64,000 bases of DNA, taken from positions 49,892 to 113,891 of the forward strand of contig JBBISJ010000004.1 in the NCBI GenBank assembly GCA_037441345.1. The letters are read 5' to 3'. This DNA comes from Chloroflexota bacterium. Lineage in GTDB: Bacteria > Chloroflexota > Dehalococcoidia > SM23-28-2 > RBG-16-64-32. This document shows, one piece after another, positions 46,898 through 56,015 of the stretch (the stretch's first letter is position 1; each line of letters starts with the position of its first letter). Under the pieces are notes generated by a model. It saw only the letters and a list, made by a program, of their open reading frames with translations, was not told the DNA's origin and made no database searches. The position numbers and the translations under genes are program-made.

Positions 46898-47974
46898 ATG
46901 TCCGCTGACCACCACGCCAATCGCGGCGTCCTCCACCACTACGGCGACCGCCTGCCCCTGACCGAAAAGACCCCGCTCATCTCCCTCGGCGAGGGCGACA
47001 CGCCCCTCGTCAGGTCGCGCCGCCTGGTTAAGCGCGTGGGCTGCAAGGATCTCTACTTCAAGCTGGAGATGTGCAACCCGTCCGGCTCCTTCAAGGACCG
47101 CGGCATGGTCGTCGCCGTCGCCAAGGCCGCCGAATCCGGCGCTGCCAAGGTGCTGTGCGCCTCGACGGGGAACACCAGCGCTTCCGCCGCCGCCTATGCC
47201 GCGCACTGCAGCCTCGACGCCTACGTGCTCGTCCCCCACGGCCGCATCGCTCAGGGCAAGCTCGCGCAGGCGGTCGCCCACGGCGCGAAGATCCTCGCCG
47301 TCCGCGGCAACTTCGACCAGGCGCTCAGCGTCGCCCGCCAGATCAGCGAGAAGCACCCTGTCGCCCTCGTCAACTCCGTCAATCCGCACCGCATCGAGGG
47401 CCAGAAGACCGCCGCCTTCGAGATCATCGACGTCCTCGGCGATGCCCCCGACCTGCTCTTCCTTCCGGTGGGGAACGCGGGCAACATCACCGCATACTGG
47501 CGCGGATTCGTCGAGTACTACCAGGCAGAGATAGCCACGAAGAAGCCCCGCATGATGGGGTGGCAGGCCGCCGGCGCGGCGCCTATCGTCCTCGGCCACC
47601 CCGTCGAGGACCCGCAGACCGTGGCTTCCGCCATCCGCATCGGCAACCCGGCTTCCTGGCGCTTCGCCGAAGCGGCCCGCGACGAGTCCGGGGGCGCCAT
47701 CGGTTCCGTCACGGATGACGAGATCCTGGAAGCGTACCGGCTGCTGGCGCAGGAGGAAGGCATCTTCTGTGAACCGGCCTCCGCGGCTTCGCTGGCAGGC
47801 CTGTTTAAGCACTCGGCACCCGGCACTCAGCACTCAGCACTCAGCGATCAGACCATCGTCTGCATCATCACGGGCCACGGCCTCAAGGACCCGGACACCG
47901 CCCTCACGATCAAGGCGGAGACAACCGAGGTAGATGCGGACCTGCGGGCGGTAGAAGCCGCGATGGGGTTGTAG
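46898..47974 (+). CDS. thrC: threonine synthase
   Basis: PLP-lysine motif NPSGSFKDRG, GNTSASAAAYAA, and a C-terminal ITGHGLKDPD. Contains an in-frame heptamer-repeat insert. Confidence 0.9.
   Translation: MSADHHANRGVLHHYGDRLPLTEKTPLISLGEGDTPLVRSRRLVKRVGCKDLYFKLEMCNPSGSFKDRGMVVAVAKAAESGAAKVLCASTGNTSASAAAYAAHCSLDAYVLVPHGRIAQGKLAQAVAHGAKILAVRGNFDQALSVARQISEKHPVALVNSVNPHRIEGQKTAAFEIIDVLGDAPDLLFLPVGNAGNITAYWRGFVEYYQAEIATKKPRMMGWQAAGAAPIVLGHPVEDPQTVASAIRIGNPASWRFAEAARDESGGAIGSVTDDEILEAYRLLAQEEGIFCEPASAASLAGLFKHSAPGTQHSALSDQTIVCIITGHGLKDPDTALTIKAETTEVDADLRAVEAAMGL
47810..47846. repeat. heptamer tandem repeat (CACTCAG x3 plus degenerate copies) in frame inside thrC
   Basis: cactcggcacccggcactcagcactcagcactcagcg encodes HSAPGTQHSALSD in a surface-loop position. 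Confidence 0.6.
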
Positions 47975-48023
47975 GCCGCCGCAGTTGTGACGATCAGTCA
48001 CTGCCGTGTCAGATGAGCAGAGA

Positions 48024-48320
48024 TCATCGAGGCTGTTGACCGGCGATTAGACGGACGACTAATTCAGCCACTTGGCGGACGGTTGCGACCTCATCCCAAG
48101 TCACGTCAACAGGCTCATCTAGGTCATATTCCTCGGCTATCAGCAGTGAGAGCTTAAGCGTATCGAGCGAATCCATGCCCAAGGAATAGCCGTGTCCCAA
48201 GTCGATTAGGTTGTCGTCGGCTCCGATCTCAGAGACGTCGATTCCTACAATCCCGGCGACAAGACCCTTCAGTTGGAGGAGAAGTACGTCAACCCATGCC
48301 GCGCTGGTCGTGATTTCCAT
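48024..48320 (-). CDS. acyl carrier protein (stand-alone)
   Basis: 98 aa with the LGMDSLD phosphopantetheine attachment motif. Confidence 0.75.
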   Translation of the reverse strand: MEITTSAAWVDVLLLQLKGLVAGIVGIDVSEIGADDNLIDLGHGYSLGMDSLDTLKLSLLIAEEYDLDEPVDVTWDEVATVRQVAELVVRLIAGQQPR

Positions 48321-48988
48321 CAGTTGCTCTCCCGTGGGTCAAACGCTCTTGTATGTGCAAGATATCCATGAAGCGGTCACGGTGCTCGATCCAACGCTGA
48401 CGTTTGAGTGCCATCCGGTGGAGACCCCAGTACCTGTCGTCGCGCCAGTAGTGGTCGGGTTGGTATCCAACCTCCTCAAAGCCGAGCGCAGTTGCCAGCT
48501 CTTAGGAGCGGCCCCGCGTAGTCATACACCTCGGTGTACACCATGCGTATCGGGAACATACGGAACACCGCGTCCAGCCCCAGCGGGATCGCTTCGCCCC
48601 CGTGGCCACGGTAACGAAACGACTTCTCAACGTGGGCGCCGACAAACATCCACCCATCCCATGGATTAACGTGATAACCAAGGACGAAACCGATAGGGGC
48701 GCCCAATTGATTGTCGCGGACAAGGAGAAGCGTCGACACCGGTAGCAAGCGGTCCAGTTCACCAACAAACTCCTCGTACGTCGCAATCCGTCTGTTGAAA
48801 TTCAGGAGGTTCGCTTCCAGAAGTGACCGCCACCGGAACAGGGCCGGATAGTCGCCGCTGCTAGCCGGCCGCAACGACACCCAAGTGCCAGCTACTGTCG
48901 TGGAGCTCTCCAAGGGTCCGGTTGATCCCCTGGTCGACCATCCGGCGGCACCACCGGAAGTCACACGGGTGTCGACGGGCCTAGTCAC
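48290..48988 (-). pseudogene. RimL/RimJ-like GNAT acyltransferase, frameshifted near 48490
   Basis: Frame A (48476-48988) carries VSLRPASSGDYPALFRW...RGHGGEAIPLGLDAVF and stops at NCARL. The downstream continuation (ELATALGFEEVGYQPDHYWRDDRYWGLHRMAL...) is in frame +1. This may be a true frameshift or an assembly error. Confidence 0.5.
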
Positions 48989-49574
48989 CGCCTACGTCAT
49001 TCCTGACCGGGGGTGAGATAACGACAACTACCGCATCGGGAGGCACGCCGAGTGCCGCTATTCTACCTACTGCCCAGGCGCGAGACGCGTCATCCTCGAA
49101 GGCAAGCTCGACGCGGTTGTTCAGTTCGTCAATGTCCGAGTAGACGAACCGGACCCAATCCGGGTGGGGGAATATTGCCCCTTCGATTTCTTCGTACGAG
49201 GCATGCAGTTCTTGATAGTCGAAGGTGGCTGGCAGGACTTGGAGCGGGGCGCTCCGAAGCTCCTCGCCGGCCCCTGCTAGTAGCTTAACTATGGCTGCTC
49301 GCACTCCCTCAGCATCAATGTTTCGATCACTCGAATGGATGTTCAGCGTTCCAGACGGGTCGTCGAAGGAGTATCCCGCGAAACCAGGGTATTCCTTCGA
49401 CAAATCCGCGAGCACGCGGTTTGGGTCAATCGCATCGGAAGATGCGGATCCGGCCGTAGACGACGGCTCGGATCCCGATGCCGATTCACGCGCCAACTCC
49501 CCGGTGGCGTCACACGCCGCCGCCATCGCGAGCCAAGCCACCGCAGCGACAACCTGGAAGCCCGGTTTCGTCAT
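48981..49574 (-). CDS. hypothetical lipoprotein
   Basis: Signal peptide with lipobox LAMAAAC. No recognisable domain. ATGA-coupled to the upstream protease gene. Confidence 0.4.
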   Translation of the reverse strand: MTKPGFQVVAAVAWLAMAAACDATGELARESASGSEPSSTAGSASSDAIDPNRVLADLSKEYPGFAGYSFDDPSGTLNIHSSDRNIDAEGVRAAIVKLLAGAGEELRSAPLQVLPATFDYQELHASYEEIEGAIFPHPDWVRFVYSDIDELNNRVELAFEDDASRAWAVGRIAALGVPPDAVVVVISPPVRNDVGGD

Positions 49575-50878
49575 CGGCCTCCACCCCCTCCGCCTTGAAC
49601 TACGATGTCGAGAGGGCCCAGTTCTTGCTGCCACTGCATGTATTGTATGTCGCTAAAATACCCGCCCGAGCCCCAGTGTATGCCCGCGAGCACCACGTTG
49701 TTGTTGGGTTGCGGGTAGTAGACGGGACCCCCGCTATCGCCGCCCGCCCGGCCATAGTCTGCCCTGTGCTGATACAGTTGGTAAACGGAGGTTTCTGGAT
49801 TCCAGATGTTGATGTTCGTGTTGGTGATGACGCCGGCGGTACGACCGCTGGTTTGCCCGATCTTCTGAATCGCGTGCCCAACGGGGAAAGTCCCCACCGA
49901 GGATATGCTGTACATTTGCCCATTCCAGGTTGCCCCATTCCCTGCGAACTCTGGGTAGGCAAGCCAACCATGGGAGGACCCTATCGAACCGTCCAATCGA
50001 ACCCAAACAGTGTCTGAGAATCTGCAATCGTAGCTGCCAGGGCACACGCCCCCTCGGAACGTCGGTGGATCCACCGCCTCCACACCGATCCGACCGCTGA
50101 TGTAAGGCTGGTGAAAGCTGTCGCCATCGACGAGCCCGACTGTCTCCGTGCAGTGGGCCGCGGTAACGAACCCGCTGACCCCGCTTCGCCTGGCGATGAA
50201 TCCAAGAGTACAGGTGCCGCCATCCGGGTCACCGCCCCCGGGTGGCTGCGACTCAATCGCGATGCCGCCCAGAACCGGACGGATGGGATCATCTAGGTCG
50301 TCATTTTCGGCGGCGGCCGCAATCTCAAACTCAATTGCCTCCGCTGGAACGCCGAGTTCCCCTGCGCGCGCCAGTACCAGCTTACGCGCAACCTCAATCT
50401 CGATGCCGATCTCAACTCTGTTCTTTCCTTCTTGATTGTCTATGTAGACAACACCTGGCAGTGGCAGAACCTCCGTTGTCAGGCGGTCTTGCCAGGCCTG
50501 CAACTGTGCAAACCCATATTGCCCTTGCAGGATATCTACTTTCCCGAGATCGAAGGATGGATAGTCCTTCAAGTGGGTAGACAAGCTCGCCTTAACTGCG
50601 TCAGTCGACCGCTCTGGGTCGATGAGAAACACTTGCAGACGGTCGGGTTTGGCCGGGTTTATGAAGAACCCGCCGAATCCCGGGACATCGCGCGCCACGG
50701 CGCGCTGGGTCGCGTCCGGCGTTCCACTGACCTCCGGATCGAACTCGACAGGTCCCTTGTTCGGTCCATTGGGATCACCACCCGGCGTTTGCACCGAGGC
50801 TGGCCTGGTGGAGAACCAGAACGAACTCGCGATTCCCAGTGCGGCAGTGAGGGCGAGCTTAGCCAGCGTCTTAACCAC
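49571..50878 (-). CDS. secreted alpha-lytic-protease-type serine peptidase (S1E, with N-terminal pro-region)
   Basis: Signal peptide. Pro-domain ~170 aa. Catalytic His in TAAHC and catalytic Ser in GDSGGP. Cys pairs are typical of streptogrisin-like enzymes. The C-terminus is Gly-rich. Confidence 0.85.
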   Translation of the reverse strand: MVKTLAKLALTAALGIASSFWFSTRPASVQTPGGDPNGPNKGPVEFDPEVSGTPDATQRAVARDVPGFGGFFINPAKPDRLQVFLIDPERSTDAVKASLSTHLKDYPSFDLGKVDILQGQYGFAQLQAWQDRLTTEVLPLPGVVYIDNQEGKNRVEIGIEIEVARKLVLARAGELGVPAEAIEFEIAAAAENDDLDDPIRPVLGGIAIESQPPGGGDPDGGTCTLGFIARRSGVSGFVTAAHCTETVGLVDGDSFHQPYISGRIGVEAVDPPTFRGGVCPGSYDCRFSDTVWVRLDGSIGSSHGWLAYPEFAGNGATWNGQMYSISSVGTFPVGHAIQKIGQTSGRTAGVITNTNINIWNPETSVYQLYQHRADYGRAGGDSGGPVYYPQPNNNVVLAGIHWGSGGYFSDIQYMQWQQELGPLDIVVQGGGGGGR

Positions 50879-50963
50879 AGCGCGACACCCCCTGTCAAAT
50901 TATCAGCTGGATTCTGCCGCCCCCAAGAAAAACTTGTCAATAGCGCCAAACGATGGCGCCGCT

Positions 50964-51002
50964 GACCTCGCCGCGGTGGAAGCGGCGATGGGGCTTTAGG
51001 CC
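50964..51002. repeat. degenerate direct repeat of the thrC 3' terminus (encodes DLAAVEAAMGL-stop)
   Basis: gacctcgccgcggtggaagcggcgatggggctttaggcc vs the thrC end gacctgcgggcggtagaagccgcgatggggttgtaggcc (47939-47977). About 79% nt identity, with 10 of 11 residues identical. Confidence 0.55.
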
Positions 51003-52244
51003 CTAACCAGCCCGCCCGTCCGCGTCCTTAACCACCATCCCGTCTTTCAACACAAGCCGCACCCGCGACGCGTCCGCCAGCACCTCCGGGTCTGCCAGCG
51101 GGTCGCGGTCGAAGGCCACGAGGTCTGCGCGCTTGCCGGGCTCGACGGTGCCAATGTCGTCCGCAAGCCCGAAGAGCTCGGCGTTCGTCCGCGTTGCGGA
51201 GACGATCGCCTCCATCGGCGAGAGGATGCGCGCTTTCAGCACGAGTTCGCGCGCTTTGAGGTTCATCGCTGCGCCCAAGAGGTCTGAGCCGGAGCCGATC
51301 CGTACCCCTGCTGCCTTCGCGATCCGCACCGCTCGCTCGCCGGCCTTGTGCACCATCGCCAGCTTCTCCTCCTGGAACTTCGAGAAGCCCAGCGCCGGGC
51401 CGGCGGCCGCCAGGATGTCGTACGTGATGAGCGTGGGCACGAGGAACGATCCCGCCTTCGCCATCGCCGCCGCCGTCTCCTCGTCCAGCAGGTTCCCGTG
51501 CTCGATCGAGCGCACCCCGGCCTCGACGCACTGGCGGATGCTGCGCGGGTGATAAGCGTGCGCCAGGACGTACGTGCCGTGGGCGGCTGCCGACTCGACG
51601 GCCGCGCGCAGTTCGTCGACCGTGAATTGGACGCCCTCGATCGGATCGGCCGGCGAGGCCACGCCGCCCGAGGCCATCACTTTGATCTGCGACGCGCCCC
51701 GCCGCAGTTCCTCGCGCGTCGCCCGCCGCACCGCGTCCGGCCCGTCCGCGAGCACGTACCCGGCGAACATCCCGGCGATCGGCTCCACGGGATGCTCCGA
51801 CTGGTGCGGCGAGCGCCAGTCGCCGTGACCGCCGGTCTGGGAGAGGAAGGCGCCGCTGGTCAGGAGCCGTGGCCCGCGCACCAGGCCCTTCTCGATCGCC
51901 CGCGTCCAGGCCGGGTCCAGGGCGCCCGCGTCGCGCACCGTGGTGAAGCCCTGGTCCAGCGTCTCGCTCATGAACGAGGAAACGCGGGCGAACCAGTCTA
52001 CCCAGGGCTGCGTCGGCGCTCCGTTTGGCTCGGTCAGCGCGAAGTGGACGTGCGCATCGGTCAGCCCCGGCAGGAGATAACAGTCCGCGAGGTCGATCAC
52101 AGTGGCGTCGGAGTTGGCGGGCGTGCTGGACGCGGTTCCGACGCGAGTAATGCGGCCGTCCGCGACCTCGACGGCAGCGCCCGGGCGGGGCTCGGCGCCC
52201 GTGCCGTCGATGAGTATCGCGTTGTGGAATGTCAGGTTGGCCAT
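51003..52244 (-). CDS. amidohydrolase-family metallohydrolase
   Basis: N-terminal ...YLLPGLTDAHVHF metal-binding HxH, and the amidohydrolase_1 pattern through to the C-terminal D. Confidence 0.8.
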   Translation of the reverse strand: MANLTFHNAILIDGTGAEPRPGAAVEVADGRITRVGTASSTPANSDATVIDLADCYLLPGLTDAHVHFALTEPNGAPTQPWVDWFARVSSFMSETLDQGFTTVRDAGALDPAWTRAIEKGLVRGPRLLTSGAFLSQTGGHGDWRSPHQSEHPVEPIAGMFAGYVLADGPDAVRRATREELRRGASQIKVMASGGVASPADPIEGVQFTVDELRAAVESAAAHGTYVLAHAYHPRSIRQCVEAGVRSIEHGNLLDEETAAAMAKAGSFLVPTLITYDILAAAGPALGFSKFQEEKLAMVHKAGERAVRIAKAAGVRIGSGSDLLGAAMNLKARELVLKARILSPMEAIVSATRTNAELFGLADDIGTVEPGKRADLVAFDRDPLADPEVLADASRVRLVLKDGMVVKDADGRAG

Positions 52245-52276
52245 GGCGAGGCCAACGCTAGCACATGGGCCGCAAG

Positions 52277-52302
52277 CCCGCTATGGATTCCCGATTTCGC
52301 GG
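52277..52302. repeat. REP-like palindrome copy (GGATTCCCGATTTCGCGGGAATGACG)
   Basis: Direct read in the intergenic region upstream of the amidohydrolase. Confidence 0.65.
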
Positions 52303-52454
52303 GAATGACGAAGGCGAGGCTCAGGTCAGCGGTCTGTTGCTTGCGAGCTTGCCGGTTTACGGGTCTTGCCCAATAGACCCAGGGCGTCCTTTACGTTAAA
52401 GTCAGATTCTGCCGGCCCCCGTGGGCAGGACCCTGGGCTGAGCGAAGGAGAATC

Positions 52455-53654
52455 ATGGGAAACAAGGTTTACGTCATCGGCGTCGGCATGACCAAGTTCG
52501 AGAAGCCCGGCTCAAAGGCCTGGGACTACCCGGATATGGCGAAGGAGGCGGGCGAAAAGGCCCTCAAGGACGCCGGCATTCCCTACGGCGAGGTGGAGCA
52601 GGCCGTCGTTGGCTACGTCTACGGCGAGTCCACCTGCGGGCAGCGCGCCGTCTACCAGCTGGGTCTCACCGGCATCCCCGTCTACAACGTCAACAACAAC
52701 TGCTCCACCGGCTCCACCGCCCTCTTCCTGGCCAGGCAACTGATTGAGGGTGGCCTCTCCGAATGCGTCCTTGCGCTCGGCTTCGAGAAGATGCAGAAGG
52801 GGTCGCTCGGCGCCACCTTCACGGACCGCATCAACCCCATGGACCAGCACCTGAACGCGATGATCCAGCTCCGGGGCTTCGAGCCGCACCCGCCGGCGGC
52901 GCAGCTCTTCGGGAACGCCGGCCGCGAGCACATGGAGAAGTACGGCTCCACGCCGCTGCATTTCGCCAAGATCGGCTACAAGAACCACAAGCACTCCGTG
53001 AACAACCCGTACTCCCAGTTCCAGGACGAGTACACGCTCGACCAGATCCTTGAAGCGCCGATGGTCCACGACCCGCTGACGAAGCTCCAGTGTTGCCCGA
53101 CCTCGGACGGGTCCGGCGCGGCCGTCCTCGCCAGCGAGGCGTTCGTCAAGAAGCACAATCTCCAGGGCCAGGCGATCGAAATCCTGGCCCAGGAGATGGT
53201 TACGGACATGCAAGACACGTTCGACAGCAAGTCTTCGATCAAGCTTATCGGCAGCGAGATGTCCCGAGTCGCCGCTCAGCGCGTCTACGAGCACACGGGC
53301 ATCGGCCCGGACCAGGTAGACGTGGTCGAGTTGCACGACTGCTTCTCCGCCAACGAGATGATCACCTACGAGGCGCTTGGCCTCGCACCCGAGGGGCAGG
53401 CCCACAAGCTCGTCGACGAGGACGCTTTCACGTACGGCGGCAAGGTCGTGGTCAACCCGTCCGGCGGGCTTATCTCCAAGGGCCACCCGCTCGGCGCCAC
53501 CGGCCTCGCCCAGTGCTCGGAACTCACCTGGCAGCTGCGGGGCAAGGCGGACAAGCGCCAGGTCAAGGACGCGAAGATCGCCCTCCAGCACAACATCGGG
53601 CTCGGCGGTGCCGTCGTCGTCACGATGTACCGCAAGGGCTTCCCCGAGACTTAG
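52455..53654 (+). CDS. SCP-x/lipid-transfer-protein-type thiolase
   Basis: [15 protein letters not shown] start, catalytic Cys in [13 protein letters not shown], and C-terminal thiolase His/Cys region ([18 protein letters not shown]). Confidence 0.8.
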   Translation: MGNKVYVIGVGMTKFEKPGSKAWDYPDMAKEAGEKALKDAGIPYGEVEQAVVGYVYGESTCGQRAVYQLGLTGIPVYNVNNNCSTGSTALFLARQLIEGGLSECVLALGFEKMQKGSLGATFTDRINPMDQHLNAMIQLRGFEPHPPAAQLFGNAGREHMEKYGSTPLHFAKIGYKNHKHSVNNPYSQFQDEYTLDQILEAPMVHDPLTKLQCCPTSDGSGAAVLASEAFVKKHNLQGQAIEILAQEMVTDMQDTFDSKSSIKLIGSEMSRVAAQRVYEHTGIGPDQVDVVELHDCFSANEMITYEALGLAPEGQAHKLVDEDAFTYGGKVVVNPSGGLISKGHPLGATGLAQCSELTWQLRGKADKRQVKDAKIALQHNIGLGGAVVVTMYRKGFPET

Positions 53655-54829
53655 AAGCCGATCTCTTCCCACGTCTGGCCCGCGTCCGTCGTGGCGTAGA
53701 CGTTTTGCGACTGAACGCAGTTGTCCTTGAAGGTCAGACAGTCATTGGTCTGTACGAGCGCCCAGCCAACTTCCGCCGACACGAAATCCACATCCACTAC
53801 CCCCGCTGGCAGGCCGTTTGGGGAAGTGGTTGACCATTTCGCTCCGGCATCCGCACTGGAGTGAATCTTGCTGCCATTCACTTCCACCACGACCACTGTC
53901 TGGCCATCAACCACATCCGACGGCACCCCTGCCCCAATGCTGACGGACTGATCGATCGTTGCACTACCTGTGAGTTCCCAGGACTGGCCCCCGTCGGTGG
54001 AAATGAGGACCCCCACTGAAGGGCTATCGGAGACGAAAGACACCGGAATGACGAGTGTTGACGGTGCGTAATACGCCGGTGAGCCGTACACGGGGTAGGC
54101 CGATGCCAGTGCCGACGGCAGCGGGGGCCGCTCACGTTTCCAGGAGACGCCGCCGTCGGCGGTGATGAAGAGCTGATCTCCCGCCGGACCCCCGGCAGCG
54201 ACGCCATCGTCTTTGCTGGCGAACGAAACGGGTGCCGCGATTGGAATTGACAGCTTCTCCCAGGTCTGGCCACCGTCTGAGGTGCGGAACAATTGGCCCG
54301 CGCTGAAGTTTGAACTGGTCACACCGACCAGTACGGCCCATCCATGACTGTCGTCAAGGAACGTCAGATATCCGGCCAGGGACAGGTTGTCTCCGTCCGC
54401 GCCTGCTGAATTGACTGGCGTCGTTTGCCACGTTGTGCCGCCATCCTCGGTACGAGCAACTACAAACTGAACATCCGTTCCGGCTCCCGCTCCGGCAGCC
54501 GCCAGAACCCATCCCTGGTGGGGGTTAAGGAACCGCACCGTGGAGATGGTGTCCACCGCAACCTTATCGGGCGTTATGGTCTTCCAGGAGTCGCCGCCGT
54601 TCGTTGTGATGCGCAGCTCCTGGGTCGTCAGGATCCATCCCTCCGACTCCGAAAGTAACCCCATCGAGCGAACATCGCCTGCGGCGCTGACCTGCTTTCC
54701 GTCTGGTTCCGACGCCCCACAACCCGTGAGCGCAATGGCCAGCATAGCTGCCATCACTGCGACGAATAGAGCGGGCGCTGTTACCGCCGCGACATCACGG
54801 GTGCGTGCTTTCGGTGCCACTCTCAGCAT
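53651..54829 (-). CDS. lipoprotein with BNR/Asp-box repeats (Ycf48-like beta-propeller)
   Basis: Signal peptide plus lipobox LTGC. Repeated SxDGGxTW motifs ([59 protein letters not shown]). Start taken at the internal Met. Confidence 0.7.
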   Translation of the reverse strand: MLRVAPKARTRDVAAVTAPALFVAVMAAMLAIALTGCGASEPDGKQVSAAGDVRSMGLLSESEGWILTTQELRITTNGGDSWKTITPDKVAVDTISTVRFLNPHQGWVLAAAGAGAGTDVQFVVARTEDGGTTWQTTPVNSAGADGDNLSLAGYLTFLDDSHGWAVLVGVTSSNFSAGQLFRTSDGGQTWEKLSIPIAAPVSFASKDDGVAAGGPAGDQLFITADGGVSWKRERPPLPSALASAYPVYGSPAYYAPSTLVIPVSFVSDSPSVGVLISTDGGQSWELTGSATIDQSVSIGAGVPSDVVDGQTVVVVEVNGSKIHSSADAGAKWSTTSPNGLPAGVVDVDFVSAEVGWALVQTNDCLTFKDNCVQSQNVYATTDAGQTWEEIGF

Positions 54830-54833
54830 ACGT

Positions 54834-55808
54834 TCACTCCACCGTGCAGGCAGTGTCGGTTCCGCCGTGACCGTTCGGCGTAACAAGGCCCTTCGCGCAA
54901 TCGTTGTCAACCAGAAGGGATACGCCCCCATACGTTTCAATGTGGTTCTCTACGAAAGGGTACTTCTGATACTGGTGGAGCCGCTGATCGCCCGACCAGT
55001 ATCCGTTGTTGAGGCAGGCCAGGCCCCACACGTCCGGATCCTGGTTCCAGTCTGCGAGCCAGACGTCGTCCGGAACATATTGAATCCCAACCCAATCGGT
55101 CGCGTTGCAAGGACTCCCGTACACGCCACACTTATGGGTCAACACTGTACGGAGCTCATAACACCATCCGCTGAGGAACGACTTCACAGAGTCCCTGCAG
55201 GTCGCGCTACCCGAGTAGGCCTCGATGTCGTAGTAGAATATCTTGCGGCCGTAGATTGCCAGGCTCGATGCGGCCGAAGCTGCGCCCAAGGCCTCGGCCT
55301 TGCCCTGATTGAACGCGGTTGTCGTGTTCGTGCTGATGAAATCGCTTATGTCGGATGCCTGTGTACAGACGGCTTGCGGCCCAACCCATGTCAGGTAGAA
55401 GTCCCACCCGTAGCCGTTCACGGTGCTGATCCAGCTACTCGTAAGGTTTGGCTGTGAACACGCGCGCTCCGATCCCCCTATGTATATTCCCACATCGTAG
55501 TACGGGGAGTCGTGCCACCAGGTGCTCATTTGGCCCGCAGTTGGGGCCGCGCATACGTCAAACCCCTTCAGTTTCGAGACGCCGTAGCAAACGCCCCCGG
55601 GGCTGCAGATCGCAGCGTCGGCAGTGCGCGGCGCCGATTCAGGTACAAGAAGCAGAGCCGCCGCCAGCACCAGCAGCGCGACAGTCGCCCACGCCGGGAC
55701 GCATCGCAGCAGCGTGACCCCGAGAGAGTAGCAGTGCGCTGCCCCACCGGACTTGATGGCCCGGTTCGGCCAGAGGGCGTTAGAAGAGCCGTCAGAGGAA
55801 GTTTGCAC
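54834..55808 (-). CDS. secreted Cys-rich protein, possibly DUF1906/GH25-like glycoside-hydrolase fold
   Basis: N-terminal hydrophobic signal. GFDVCAAPTAGQMSTWWHDSPYYDVGIYIGG resembles the start of Rv2525c-like domains. The call is weak. Confidence 0.4.
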   Translation of the reverse strand: MQTSSDGSSNALWPNRAIKSGGAAHCYSLGVTLLRCVPAWATVALLVLAAALLLVPESAPRTADAAICSPGGVCYGVSKLKGFDVCAAPTAGQMSTWWHDSPYYDVGIYIGGSERACSQPNLTSSWISTVNGYGWDFYLTWVGPQAVCTQASDISDFISTNTTTAFNQGKAEALGAASAASSLAIYGRKIFYYDIEAYSGSATCRDSVKSFLSGWCYELRTVLTHKCGVYGSPCNATDWVGIQYVPDDVWLADWNQDPDVWGLACLNNGYWSGDQRLHQYQKYPFVENHIETYGGVSLLVDNDCAKGLVTPNGHGGTDTACTVE

Positions 55809-56015
55809 CGTGTTCCCCCGGAAGCGCGGTCATTCTCCCCCCCACCAGGCATTTTGTCAAGTGGCCTTGCTCCTAGGCTGGGCAGGCCGTGGAAAACCGT
55901 TGTGGATAACGTGTCCGCTTACATAGAATGAGCGCCGGGGTGGGAGCAGCACCTGCGGTGGACGCCCCTCCGCCGTAACGCCCCGTCAATTGCCGCGTCC
56001 CGTCCTGAAAGCACT

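Noticed and set aside
22996-52302. Possible CRISPR repeats (palindrome GTCATTCCCGCG…CGGGAATC resembles type I-E repeat shape)
   Set aside because: Copies are solitary and kilobases apart. They have no regular spacers and no cas genes, so they behave as REP/BIME-like dispersed palindromes.
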